DNA of 64,000 nt from Octopus vulgaris. Its lineage: Eukaryota. Numbering within the stretch: position 1 is the stretch's first letter; the number at the start of each line of letters is the position of its first letter. This document shows positions 51,493-64,000 of the stretch, piece by piece. The notes under the pieces are model-generated. The model had not been told where the DNA came from. It did no database searches and saw only the letters and a list, made by a program, of their open reading frames with translations. A program made the translations under genes and the position numbers. The stretch is from positions 41,478,001-41,542,000 of the forward strand of contig OX597834.1 in NCBI GenBank assembly GCA_951406725.2, in the 5' to 3' direction.

Positions 51493-51551
51493 GTGAGTGG
51501 CATTTGGTTTCTTCAGCACTTTTTTCATCAAAAATTAAAACAGATATTCTC

Positions 51552-51679
<128 letters not shown>

Positions 51680-51921
51680 TCCATCCACCCCAACACACAT
51701 GTTCTTTTATTCTTTTACTTGTTTAAGTCATTTGGTTGCGGCCATGCCAGAGCAACGTCTTAAAGGCTTTTAGTTGAACAAATTGGCTGCAGGACTAATC
51801 TTTTAAGCCTCATACTCATTTTATCAATTCTCCTTGCCGAACCGCTAGATTACTTGGATGTAATTACATCAACACCTATTGTCAGGCGGTGATGATGGGA
51901 GAACAAACAGACACAAACACA

Positions 51922-51978
<57 letters not shown>

Positions 51979-52329
51979 GCACACACACATACAATCACAT
52001 ACACACATGTACATACGACGGGTCTTCTAATTTCCGTCTAGCAAATTCATTCAAAAGGCTTTGGTCGGCCCAAAGCTACAGTAGAAGGCATTTGCCCAAG
52101 ATGCCTCGGAACGATGTGGCTGAGAAGCAAGTCTTTAGTCACACAGCCATATATTTGTTAAGATATTTTGGACAAAAGCCTCGTAACACGCGTTTAAAGG
52201 CTTCCATAACTCCGGTCTGTTACCACATGTTAATTATATCCTGGAGTAACTCAGGGTATGGGTCTACATGGAAAATTCCTTTCTAATTAAGGTTTATAAT
52301 AATAATAATAATAATAATAATTGAGGAGG

Positions 52330-54245
52330 TGTGGTACTAAAAGTCTGTGCATGGACACTATATACTTCGAAGTCGAAATGCTGATGTAGACCAAGCAAAA
52401 GGCCATCAGTGGCTGAGGCGTTCACGACTGAAAGTTTCATATTGGCAGCACAAGATCAAAGCTTGCTTACCAAAAACTAAGAAGCTAACGTTCTTCAAAA
52501 TTGTTCTGACCCTAAAGGCAGATTCTGCGACACATTTGACGAAACAATAGGGTTAGGGTCTCGGGATGTCTTGCGTTGACATCGAACGAGTACAAAAATC
52601 GTCACGACACGGTAGGAGAGTATTTACATTGGAAAATATGTAAGCTCTACAAAATCAGCGCTCCTGATTACTGGTGGTAAAAATGATATGATTCCACATT
52701 CGTGGGTCATCAAGTGCTTAGATCTGTTTGGAATTGCGAGGAACGTAACGTATTTCCTGAAGATATGTATGGCTGGATGGAAAACTGGACTGACATCTTA
52801 CGGAAAAAAAACTTTTTTACCTTGGGTATCGGGGGAGGGATTCTTCAAGGTGATTGCCCCTCTCCGTTGCTTTTTCTTCTCTGCTTGATACTCCTACCTT
52901 GGTACTCCGGAAAATGAACCTGGGTACCAACTAAAGGTAAAATCTCAAACAATCAACCACCTCCTCTTTATGGATGATTTGAAACTGTATGGCAAAGATG
53001 AGACACAAGTGAGTTCCTTGATGAACACGGTCAACTGTTTTAGTACTGAAATTAGAATAGAAATTGGACAGCAGGAGTGTGGAATAATCTACCTAAAAAG
53101 AGGTAAGGTACAGTCTCTAGAATTATCTAATTACCTAAAAAGAGGTAAGGTACAGTCTCTAGAATTATCTAATTAAACAAATTGAAACGGAAAGACACAA
53201 ATAACTTTGTGTACAAGAGTTCAACGAGATAATGGAATAGGATATAAAAGAGCAAGGGAGGATGGAGTATTTTCGAAGAGGTTGGCATTGCACTCAAAAT
53301 TGACTGGATTCCAAGCAGTTAATACGTGGGCGATAGCATCACTTCAGTATGGAGCAGTAATTATAAAATGGCAAAATGGATACCAGTGAAGAAAATGGAT
53401 ACCAAGACCAGAAAAATGCTGACAGTACCCAGAGCCTTCCACCCTAAGAGTAACACCGATTGGATATACTTGCCCAGACGAAAGGGTGGGAGAGGTTTAA
53501 TTAGTTGCCAGACTGAATCGAAGTAGAGGAAAACAGCCTAGGGTGGTATATAAAAAATACTGTGGAGCCAGTGTTGAAACACTCGAAGAAGGCCGGCGTC
53601 ATCAACTAATTGAAACAAGAAATGAATAAAAAAAAACCAAAAGAAAGAGCATGGAAGGAAAAGAAAATGTTCGGTCAGTTTACAAGAGATGTGAACGCCA
53701 AGACATACAGAGAGGACCGGTGGCTATGGATGAGGAAGAGTGACATGAGGATAGAGACAGAAGCACTCATATGCGCAGCTCAGAAACAAACGTTAAGGGC
53801 CAATTGTATGAAGGGTAGAATAGACAATACTACCGATAGTGACAAAAGCAGAATGTGTGGTGAGAGGGGTGAAACGGGATGGCACATAAGGCGGCGAGCT
53901 GGCAGAAACGTTAGCACGAAATGCTTAGTGGTACGTTCTGAGTTCAAATTCCGCCGAGGTCGACTTTGTCTTTCATCCTTTCGGGATCGATAAATTAAGT
54001 ACCAGTTAAGCACTGGGGTTGATATAATCGACTTAAACCGTTTGTCTGTCCTTGTTTGTCCCTTCTGTGTTTAGCCCCTTGTGGGTAGTAAAGAAATAGG
54101 TATGGCACATCGCTAGCGAATGCCCGAGTTGGCACAATGCGAATACAAATGACGCCGTGACAATGTGTCAAGAATGATCCATTGGGAGCTCTGTGGATAT
54201 CACGGCCTACAAAGAGCAAAGACGTGGTATGAGAAAACTCCACAA
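52330..54245 (+). mobile_element. Degenerate R4/Dong-like non-LTR retrotransposon fragments
   Basis: RT remnants GILQGDCPSPLLF, INHLLFMDDLKLYGK, IYLPRRKGGRGL; C-terminal ETEALICAAQ..RMCGERGET.WHI; many stops and frameshifts; interrupted by a SINE C at 53889-54101 with TSD atggcacat. Confidence 0.8.
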
Positions 54246-54529
54246 GGATTCTGCTAAACAAGGCACTAATATTCGGTAAGATCAATTCCACCCTAACTTG
54301 GGAAGAAATCGATATTTTATATTTTTCTTGTCTCCGTCTCTTGACTGCGACCATGCTGAGGCACCACATCGAAATTTTAGTCGAGTGTATCGAGCCCGGA
54401 ACTAATTTCTTAAACCCTGGTACTACTTACTCTAGCGTTCACCATCGCCAAACAGCTAAGTTGCGGGTATGTAAACACACTAGCACCAGTTGTCAAGCAG
54501 TGATGAGTGACAAATAGAGACACGGTGAT

Positions 54530-54590
<61 letters not shown>

Positions 54591-54984
54591 TACACACACA
54601 CACACAGAGACAGACACACGCACACACACACACACACACACGCATAAACAGCGAACTTTCAGTTTCCGTCTGCAAAATCACAACGTTTCAGTCTGCCCGA
54701 GGCTATAGTAGAAGACACTTGCCCAAGGTGCAACGCAGTGGGACTGAACCCGGAACCCTGTGGCTGGGCAGCAAGCTTCTTACCACACACACGCTTGCGC
54801 CTCCATTTATATATACATTTACGTACATATGTATGCACACTGACACACACACACACACACGCATTCACATGCCTATATGAATACAGTTTTAAAAACTACT
54901 TTTCATATGTATACACACATATATTCATATACATTTATACATACATTGATAAATAGTTATATTTCTGAGCGTTTTCTTCATCAG

Positions 54985-55088
54985 ATAAAATGACTATGAG
55001 TCGCTCTACAAATGGAACTGTGGCCATCGTAGAATTGGAATCCGAGGGAAGATACATCGAAATTGAGGACCATGCTAAGTTTCCAAAG
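54985..55088 (+). CDS. IF gene 2 exon 8 (104 nt)
   Basis: catcag|AT AAA; KMTMSRSTNGTVAIVELESEGRYIEIEDHAKFPK (LTD-like); AAG|gtaagt. Confidence 0.92.
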
Positions 55089-55667
55089 GTAAGTGTTTTT
55101 AAATTTGGTGTGTTTCTTTCTATTTTTTTTTCTGACGCACCTTTCCTGAAAACAGGTCCAGTTCCACATTTATACCGTTTTCTCATCGATTCGTTAAGAC
55201 GACCAACATCCACTTGTATTTTTGTCTGCTCCTTTAGTGTACATAATGGTAATAGCGTGTGCATATGTAACACCTCGGTGCCACCGCCTTATAGAAACCG
55301 CAGCAAATCTTCATTACCCCACCTCACACACACACATATATAGCTGGACACTGAGGTCGAATTGCCTTCATCATTTCACCACTTGGCCTTCTGTTCTGGC
55401 AAGCTGTCCTCGTCTCATCAACATCAAAGTACATTTTGATAGTCCAAACTCCATCTTAATATCACTGGAGAAAATCCGCACAGATATATACACACACAAA
55501 CGTATATACACAAACATAGACGTACAAATGCATTTACTCACAGACATAGAGATCTATTTTCCGTCAGTTATATTCATTGATACACTCGCTATCCCTGTGA
55601 TTCCTGGTCATCAAGAAATCTTAACCCTTCTCTATTGTTTAATGTATATATTTTTTTCTAATCTTAG

Positions 55668-55778
55668 GGGGCAACAACCTTAAAGAACTGGACATTGACC
55701 CAAACCACAGAAAATGGAAAGAGCTACACCCATACATTTACCGATGGTAACGTGTTTAGTTCTGGTAAAATGATCAAG
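55668..55778 (+). CDS. IF gene 2 exon 9 (111 nt)
   Basis: cttag|GGG; GATTLKNWTLTQTTENGKSYTHTFTDGNVFSSGKMIK; AAG|gtaagt. Confidence 0.92.
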
Positions 55779-56210
55779 GTAAGTTTGTGTCGTTTTAAGA
55801 AATGTCTACTAGTCTTATAATGTGACTAAATATCAGATTTTATAAGAACCACTTGAAGTCGACAAAAAGTGACCCAGTGCCCAGAATGGAATCTCGTATC
55901 GATTGCTGGAAGTCACAATTCGCCACGAAACATTACAACAATGTTAGTTATATTGTTTCTCATATGTTAACCGTAATATTTTTGTCTATTACGTCTGCCC
56001 ACGAGGATGAGGAAGAGTAGAGGGGGATAAGAGAAAAAGAAGTTACTTGTCTCTAATCTGTATTTATATTAATAATATTAATGCCTTATCAATTAACACA
56101 CTCACCGGTTCATTTTCCACTCGTTTACTTTTTCTTTTCTAAAATTTTCGTTGCATCTTGAGGTATAGTAATATGCTTTGTTATATTTCTGCTGCTTTTA
56201 AATAAAGTAA

Positions 56211-56262
<52 letters not shown>

Positions 56263-56731
56263 CATTATATAAAGGGCTTAGTAAAATAAATTACTTTGCC
56301 ACATACTGAACTCATTAGAAATAGCAGCCCAAAAAGTTTTTTAGCTATTTCTAATACTTAAAGAAAATTTCTCTCAGATAGTGTTTACTCAAAATAACCC
56401 ACGAAGGTATGGGGGTAAAAACATTAAAAAATCACAAGTGCAAAGATTATTTGAGAACGTTACGTTTCTAGATCAGCCAAATAAAATTCGACATTTCTTT
56501 CGTCAGCCCAAAACTTCTTAATTTGGATTTGGAAACACTGAAAAGTAGGAACATACCCTTTTGGCGACTTATCACCTCAGACGACCCGTTCAAACTGACA
56601 GTGCCAACAAATTCAAAATATGCAAGCGAAGAATTCCTGCTCTCCCCTTCCACCCACGTGGGCTAAACTAGCAAACACCATATTTTAGCAGTGAAAACCG
56701 AGGCAATAAACAGAGAGAAATGAATTATAAT

Positions 56732-56933
56732 TTCAACAATTGAGGGTAAAATTAATTAGTTATTAATCAATTTCACCAAGTATTCAGTATGTAAAGGGAC
56801 CATTTAAGGCGAATTCAAAATATATAATGTAATATAATGTAATATTTTGAATTCGCCTTAAATGGTCCCTTTACATACTGAATACTTGGTGAAATTGATT
56901 AATAACTAATTAATTTTACCCTCAATTGTTGAA
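56732..56933. repeat. Perfect 92-bp inverted repeat with 18-nt spacer
   Basis: 56732-56823 is the exact reverse complement of 56842-56933. Confidence 0.95.
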
Positions 56934-57245
56934 TATATATATATATATTTATATATATATATATATATATGCGCCCTTTTCGAGCCTAGCCAGGCTCATG
57001 GGCCTGGTTTCCCGGTTTCTATGGCGTATGTGTTTCCCCCCAGCTGGATGGGACAGCAGTCCATCGCAGCGTTACTCAAGAAACAGGAGGAAAGAGTGAG
57101 AGAAAGTTGGGACGAAAGAGTACAACAGGGGTCGCCGCTACCCCTTGCCGGAGCCTCGTGGAGCTTTAGGAATTTTCGCTCAATAAACACACACAACGTC
57201 CGGTTTGAGAATTGAAACCACGATTCTCCGAACACGAGCCCGCTG

Positions 57246-57283
<38 letters not shown>

Positions 57284-57468
57284 GTTTAAATATTTGTTGT
57301 GCAAGATTTTTTATGTGAAGTCGTGTGTTGAAACAGATATTGTTGTATTTAGGAATGGTCATTTTGCCAGTTTAATGTAAAAAATAAATAACACTGAAGC
57401 AAAATAACACCAAATATATAGTGCGTGTGTTTTTATTGGCTAAACTGGCAAAATGACCATTCCTAAAT

Positions 57469-57502
<34 letters not shown>

Positions 57503-58092
57503 AGGAATCTTACAAACCAAATACAAAAACGACATAATAATATTAAATTCAGTCGTTAACTGAAATTTAATGCCTCCTCTCTGACTATTGTAGTAACCAC
57601 GGACAGCCAGAGGGTTGGTAAGCATTCTATGAATAGCCAAAATTCTTAGAACAGCGGAAAAATGCCTTGTGTTATTTGTTCTAACTTTCCATCTTCTTAA
57701 TTCAAATCCCATTGATGTTAGTTTTGTCTTTCAAACTCTGAGATCAATAAATTAAATAAAGTGATAATCACGTACACAGGTTGATATCATCGACAAACAG
57801 ATATCTTCACTAAAATATAAAACTGTGCTTTGCAGAAATCGTTAGGACATCCGAAAAACATACGCTTCGATATTTGTTTTCGGCCTTTTACGTTCTTCGT
57901 TCAAATCCTGCCACATTCAATTTCTCCCATCCACTATTTTGGGTCTATAAAATAAGAATACCAGTGAAAAAGTGCGGTTTGTGTAATCGACTAAACCTCC
58001 CTCTCCTAATGCTCCCCTTGTGTCTAAGTTACACACAAATATCACTTTTGTTGATGATGTTACTATTCTTAATTCTCTTTTTCCAATTTTAG

Positions 58093-58206
58093 ATTTGGGG
58101 ATCGAAATTCGGTGCTGGCCAACAAGGCATCACATCTTCTTCTGTCGAACACTGGGGTTCATTGTCGGCGCCGTCGACAATTACTTTGAAAGACGACAAA
58201 AATAAG
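58093..58206 (+). CDS. IF gene 2 exon 10 (114 nt)
   Basis: tttag|ATT TGG; IWGSKFGAGQQGITSSSVEHWGSLSAPSTITLKDDKNK; AAG|gtaaga. Confidence 0.92.
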
Positions 58207-58725
58207 GTAAGATCTCGTTTATTTCTGTAACATTTTGTCTCCCACTTCTCTCACCTCGTTCTTAAATACAATTATACTTCTAACTCCGTGCATTTTGTGA
58301 GTCGATGAGAGGACAGCGACGTAGTCATTCGATGGGACCAGCTCCCAACAGTAACCAGATCTTCGTGATCTATCATCCTGTATAAAATAAACAACATTTA
58401 TTTATGGAAAACAATTTATAACCACATCTGTAATCGAACCATGCTTTGTCCAAATCACATAATATTTAAAGGATTTGGGATATTTGGTGTCGAGGAGAAA
58501 TCTTGTGCAGTTTAATGAAATGTTTCATTTAAATTTGCTAGTGTAAAAATCGAATACTAAATATTCTGACCATTGGTCAACACCGACGTCCCAATGTATT
58601 GATTCATGACACAGGCCAAAATGACTATCCTATGTACTTTACATGAAAATGTTTACTCTGTTGGTGCATTAACACCTTAATCTCCCTCTGTATTCATTGG
58701 TTTCTCAATCTTTTTTACTTTTCAG

Positions 58726-58761
58726 GAAAGTGCTGTCCTTGTTATCAAAATAAACGTTTGA
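58726..58761 (+). CDS. IF gene 2 exon 11 coding part (ESAVLVIKINV*)
   Basis: ttttcag|GAA; stop TGA at 58759-58761; summed exons give 1701 nt = 566 aa. Confidence 0.85.
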   Translation, partial: ESAVLVIKINV

Positions 58762-59264
58762 AGAACGTAATTTATCTCAGCTGAGAAAAGAATCGTTTTT
58801 GTTGCAGTCAGCACGAAGTTTCAGAAAGTCTCTGGTTTTCCATTATAATACTAATTTCAATAAAATGATAAGCACTTGCAGTATTTTCTGTTTTAAATTT
58901 TTTACACGATCCTCTTGAATTTAAGATAATTGTAGAAAACGAGTAAATTCATTTTGCAACATTTCTACATACTTATCAAATATCAAACGGACATTTCAGC
59001 TTGATAACTTTTGTAATCAGGTTTGGTTAGTCTAGTTACCGAGGTAATATGACAAGCAATGTGCCGTCTGTTTTGTCCCCAAATCTTTTCTACTTAATGG
59101 TATTTCACACTAAAAACGCAAAATTTACACTATTCAAACAAAGCTACAATATCTGAAAATATGATTAAATTTCCTGCCAGATTAGATATTTGTTATTCTA
59201 TTAACAATCTTGTACTTTGTAATTTGATTTTGAGGATTTTTTGTTAAATTGTATGAAAAAGGGC

Positions 59265-59270
59265 AATAAA
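59265..59270 (+). terminator. Polyadenylation signal, gene 2
   Basis: AATAAA in context conserved with gene 1. Confidence 0.65.
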
Positions 59271-59596
59271 ATGTTACTAAAATTTATATTCTCGTATGCT
59301 TTTTTAATCAACATTAATCTCATCATTTGATTATTTTATAAGGACAAAATAATACAAATTCGATAAAATCGCATAGAGTTTCGTTCTTCCTCGTGGAGCT
59401 TTAGGTGTTTTCGCTCAATAGACAATCACAACACCCGCTCTGAGAGTCGAAACCGCGATATCCTATGACCGCGAGTCCGCTACCACTGGGACACTGCCCT
59501 TCCATATATATATATATGAGGTCCTTAGATAGTAATGCACCGAGGTCGTGTCAAAGAAATCGCTATCGTGTACAGAACAAAATTAGAGGAACAGAT

Positions 59597-59904
59597 ATAT
59601 GCATACCAAAATAAAGACAGATTTATATTCCTGTTGCATGTACGATCACAAACGCCCGACTGTTGAAAACTGTTATTTTTACATGTATACATGTCTACAT
59701 ATATAAATATATTTTGTATTTGATGTATTGAATATGATTAATACATTTGATAGTGTTTAACTCATTACATCCGTTTCAGGCGTGATTTTTATTGATGAGT
59801 ATTATTATTTTATTAAGCGTAAAAATAACAGTTTTCAACAGTCGGACGCTTGTGATCGTACATGCAACAGGAATATAAATATGTCTTTATTTTGGTATGT
59901 ATAT
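59597..59904. repeat. ~86-bp imperfect inverted repeat (MITE-like)
   Basis: 59597-59682 vs 59819-59904. Confidence 0.8.
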
Positions 59905-60147
59905 ATAGTATATATATATATATATATATATATAAATCAAATTCCTCGCTTATCAAAGCCAAACTTTCACCAAAGTGACATCTACCTCGATGTATATTGT
60001 AATTATACATACACATACATACTCATATATATATATGTGTGTATAGAAATATATATATATATGTGTGTGTGTGTCTATGCATATATACACATATATATAT
60101 ACATATATATATATATACATACGTATATATGTATATACATATACGTA

Positions 60148-60247
60148 NNNNNNNNNNNNNNNNNNNNNNNNNNNNNNNNNNNNNNNNNNNNNNNNNNNNN
60201 NNNNNNNNNNNNNNNNNNNNNNNNNNNNNNNNNNNNNNNNNNNNNNN
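60148..60247. other. Assembly gap (100 N)
   Basis: Run of exactly 100 n; probably a placeholder of unknown size. Confidence 0.99.
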
Positions 60248-60424
60248 TCACCAGAAAGGCTCGACACCGTCGAGCCTTTCTGGTGACGTCGATGTTCGCC
60301 TGGGGCTAAATGCAACAGTAACACCCCCACCACCCTGCCCTGTCCCTAGCCATATTCAGATGGCTTTAGTCCCTTATGTTATCGAGCAGTTACTGTCTAT
60401 ATCTCTTTTAGAGAATTATTATTG

Positions 60425-60463
<39 letters not shown>

Positions 60464-60652
60464 TAATCCAAACAAGAAAGCACAAAAAAACACAAAACGT
60501 GAGGACGTGGAACAAATATAGTATTATTGGACGCTCAGGAAAGAAGGAGGGTTTAACGTTTCGAGCGGAGCTCTTCGTCGGAAACATAGAAGAAGGAAAG
60601 ATCCAGAGAAGGGAAGACAGAGCAAAAAAATCGCCAACGGTACACACGAGGT

Positions 60653-60730
<78 letters not shown>

Positions 60731-60777
60731 TACATATATACATACATATATATACATATATATACATACATATATAT

Positions 60778-60901
<124 letters not shown>

Positions 60902-61439
60902 GTGTATATTTAAACACAAACGAGGCAAGCCGTAACAGGTTGCCTAACATACTAGAAAGAATAGTCAAAAAGTCCAAACCACAGTTAATAGCAATTTCGA
61001 AGGGAATGAAAATTAAAATCAGTTACCATATTTTACAGCTGGACCGCGGTTCTCGAACTGTAATTTGCATATAAAATAATTTGCAAGGCGAAGTTCTCAT
61101 CAGCGGATACGCTAAAACATTAACATATAAATAAAAGACCAAATAACACGTGTCTCATCCTTCTATATTATAATTCTTCAAATCCTCCGCGCAAGCGCAG
61201 ATTCAATGGGCAGCAGGTGAAAATTCCGATTGAACATCAGAAATTGCTAAAATCATTTCTTGAGATGAAAACAGGGTACGAAAAATTATGGAAATTCCTG
61301 GAAATTATGGTATTTTTGTCGATGTCATTATTATTCTTCAGGTTACTGCCTAGAATCGAACTCGGAATCAGTAATCCGCCCTCTTAACCACAACGCCATA
61401 TGCCCGTGTGAAGTTTAGGGCTTAAAAATCTAACATTTT

Positions 61440-61845
61440 CCTATCCTTCCTTCATACCGGTTCCCATATGCTGCTCATATCTGCACTCAGTCTGCTTAGG
61501 AAGTTGTTGTGTCTTAGCATATGTGCTGCTTCTTTTAGTTTTCGTATTTTCCAGTGGTGTTCTCTGTCTATTATTTTAACTTCATCTCACAAGGGGAGGT
61601 GGTTTCCATTCTTCCATACATGATCAGCTACACTCGATTTATCAATATCTCCTGGTGTCACAACTTTGCGATATTCGTCTACTCTTATTTTGAGGGGGCG
61701 GCATGTTTCACCTTTGTATAACCTACCACAGCTGCATGGGATTGAGTATACGCAGGCTTTGGTCATATTCTCTTCTATTGGTGGTTTTACTCGAAGGAGA
61801 TATTTGCGAAGTGTTGTATTACCGCTGAATACTGGAGTATTACTC
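61440..61845 (-). mobile_element. Penelope-like GIY-YIG fragment
   Basis: CVYSIPCSCGRLYKGETCRPLKIRVDEYRK..KSSVADHVW. Confidence 0.8.
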
Positions 61846-61880
61846 CTGGATTTGGTAGACGGAACTTGAAAGAAGCCTGT

Positions 61881-61937
<57 letters not shown>

Positions 61938-62271
61938 ATATATGTGTGTGTGTGTGTATATATGTGTGTGTGTGTGTGTATATATGTGTGTGTGTGTGTA
62001 TATATGTGTGTGTGTGTGTGTATATATGTGTGTGTGTGTGTATATATGTGTGTGTGTGTATATATATGTGTGTGTGTGTGTGTATATATGTGTGTGTGTG
62101 TGTATATATGTGTGTGTGTGTGTATATATATATATGTGTGTGTGTGTGTGTATATATATATGCATGTATAGAGAGAGAGGGGGAGAGAGAGACTTAATAA
62201 TAATATAAGATTAAGAATTGTGTTTTGATAGTTTTTCGTTAATAATTGCATTATTTATCTTGTCTTTATAG

Positions 62272-62492
62272 ATATCAAGTTTGAAAAGTAGAATAAGGGG
62301 TCTAGAAATGGAATTGGAGGAAGCCCTTAACGGACGGGCAACTGATGCCGCGAATTACAATCTCGAGATTAATACGTTGCGTTCAGAGTTGCAGGAAATG
62401 TTGAAGGAATTACAAGACTTGATGGATACTAAACTGTCCCTGGAATTGGAGATTGCAGCGTACCGCAAACTCCTTGAAGGAGAAGAGGGCAG
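62272..62492 (+). CDS. IF gene 3 exon 6 (partial gene)
   Basis: ttatag|ATA; ...LMDTKLSLELEIAAYRKLLEGEEGR; AG|gtaaat; 221 nt. Confidence 0.95.
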
Positions 62493-62675
62493 GTAAATAA
62501 TAAATATCTAGCTTTAAACAAGAATATTCTGGAAGTCTTTCCGTTCTTCCGTGGGTTTCACCTTCCGATGGAATCGTAGACACACTTTTGAGACACGCGA
62601 TGAAATTAAATTCGTCTTTTAGATTTCATATGAGAGAAAGAAGGAAACAGAGAGAGGGGGAGAGGGAGAGAGAGT

Positions 62676-62765
<90 letters not shown>

Positions 62766-63883
62766 ATTTACAAAACAATAAACAAAACAAAAGACGAAGA
62801 AGACAGGTGTGTAAGCACCAAACAGCTGTATTAGTTTAACGCTCGGGAAGTGAGAAAGACTTTTACGTTTCGAGCCGACGCTCTTCACCAGAAAGGAACA
62901 GAATGGGATGAGATATTCTCAGATAGTTCAAAAGTAGAGCGATCAGGTAACTGACATTGAATAACATGAAGATTCTCGCCGTTTTGCTTGCACCTCAAGA
63001 ATGATCGCGTTTGGCACATGTCATCAGTAAATATATTGTTCTGCATATACCTTGTGAAACATTAGATAACAACAGAACTGGATAGTTGAAATGCCATTGA
63101 CTGGGATTCGCGTGGGGCCATCACATTTGTAACAAAGCAGAATCTACAATGATACAGCTCAAAACTTCATCTTCTGCTCTACACCTTATTGTCACAACTG
63201 CATAGCAAACAACATCCACGTTTCTTTCCCTCCACCTCCCTATTCTCACCGTAATACACTTACACATAACGAACAAATGGAAATCACTCGCATATACTTC
63301 AAAAAGAGATTCAACATTAAAAATCATCAACAAAAGTGCAGCATATTATTCTACAACACTACAAATCACACCACAATATCACTAATAACCAATATGAACA
63401 TGGGAAACATGTCCATTAACACGTACGCACACACACACATACACACACGCTCTCACACACACACTCACACGCACAAGAATACTCACACCAAAACACACAA
63501 AATAGCGACTGAATTTTTTTACCGTTCTGAGTCACTGACATCTTTAATTTCGCATATCACAATTACCCGGTTTGTAAAATCATGGTTTGCTAGATCTGAT
63601 AGAAAAGGCAGCCAGATTTCAATATGTTCCCGCGCTACACTTTTGTGCAAGAAACGCAAATTGAACGATATATACCGACAAAGAATACGACGGGATTACC
63701 TTTTCCCAACACGAGCCTTTTCTGTCTCGGCTAAACTAAAGTTGAAACTCAACAAACCATGCCCACCTCCAACGACAGCAAATACGAAACAAACTTCATC
63801 TTGTTGGAGACGATGATTCGTTATATGTACATAGCCATTCATATCATTTGTGCCATTACATGAAATGTATTTTTCTTTTGCAG

Positions 63884-63963
63884 GGTGTCTTCAATGATGA
63901 CCAGTTTTAGTGGACTTCAAACAGAATCTGAGTCTGCACTATCAGCTGCACTCCAATCAGCAA
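63884..63963 (+). CDS. IF gene 3 exon 7 (80 nt)
   Basis: ttgcag|G GTG; VSSMMTSFSGLQTESESALSAALQSA; GCA A|gtgagt. Confidence 0.88.
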
Positions 63964-64000
63964 GTGAGTTGCATTTCTCTTCTGTATATTATATACATAT

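Noticed and set aside
60248-60286. Perfect 18-bp hairpin tcaccagaaaggctcgac/gtcgagcctttctggtga
   Set aside because: Starts exactly at the contig edge after the gap; may be a fold-back artefact

Overview
AT-rich, microsatellite- and SINE-dense animal genomic DNA; the repeat content strongly suggests an octopus (coleoid cephalopod), which is an inference. The window holds a + strand tandem cluster of cytoplasmic intermediate-filament (IF) genes of the protostome type, with a long coil 1b, a lamin-tail-like domain and no CaaX. I assembled two complete 11-exon genes by hand: gene 1 at 4962-28230 and gene 2 at 32789-58761 (566 aa). Exons 6-7 of a third paralog follow a 100-N gap. Main observations: (1) gene 1 exon 7 has expanded into eight in-frame 30-bp units (GPQTEGESAP), seven of which carry their own consensus G|GTGAGT splice donor, while the ancestral donor has become GC, suggesting a tail linker whose length is set by splicing; (2) gene 1 has lost the near-universal IF helix-termination motif with its frame intact; (3) exon 5 carries Gly/Pro-rich or basic non-helical sequence inside coil 2; (4) several minimal hammerhead-ribozyme motifs and long inverted repeats lie in the introns, some bracketing exons. 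Introns also contain SINEs, Helitrons, Tc1/mariner, Penelope-like, R4-like and CRE-like fragments. Repeat boundaries are approximate and all alignments were made by eye.
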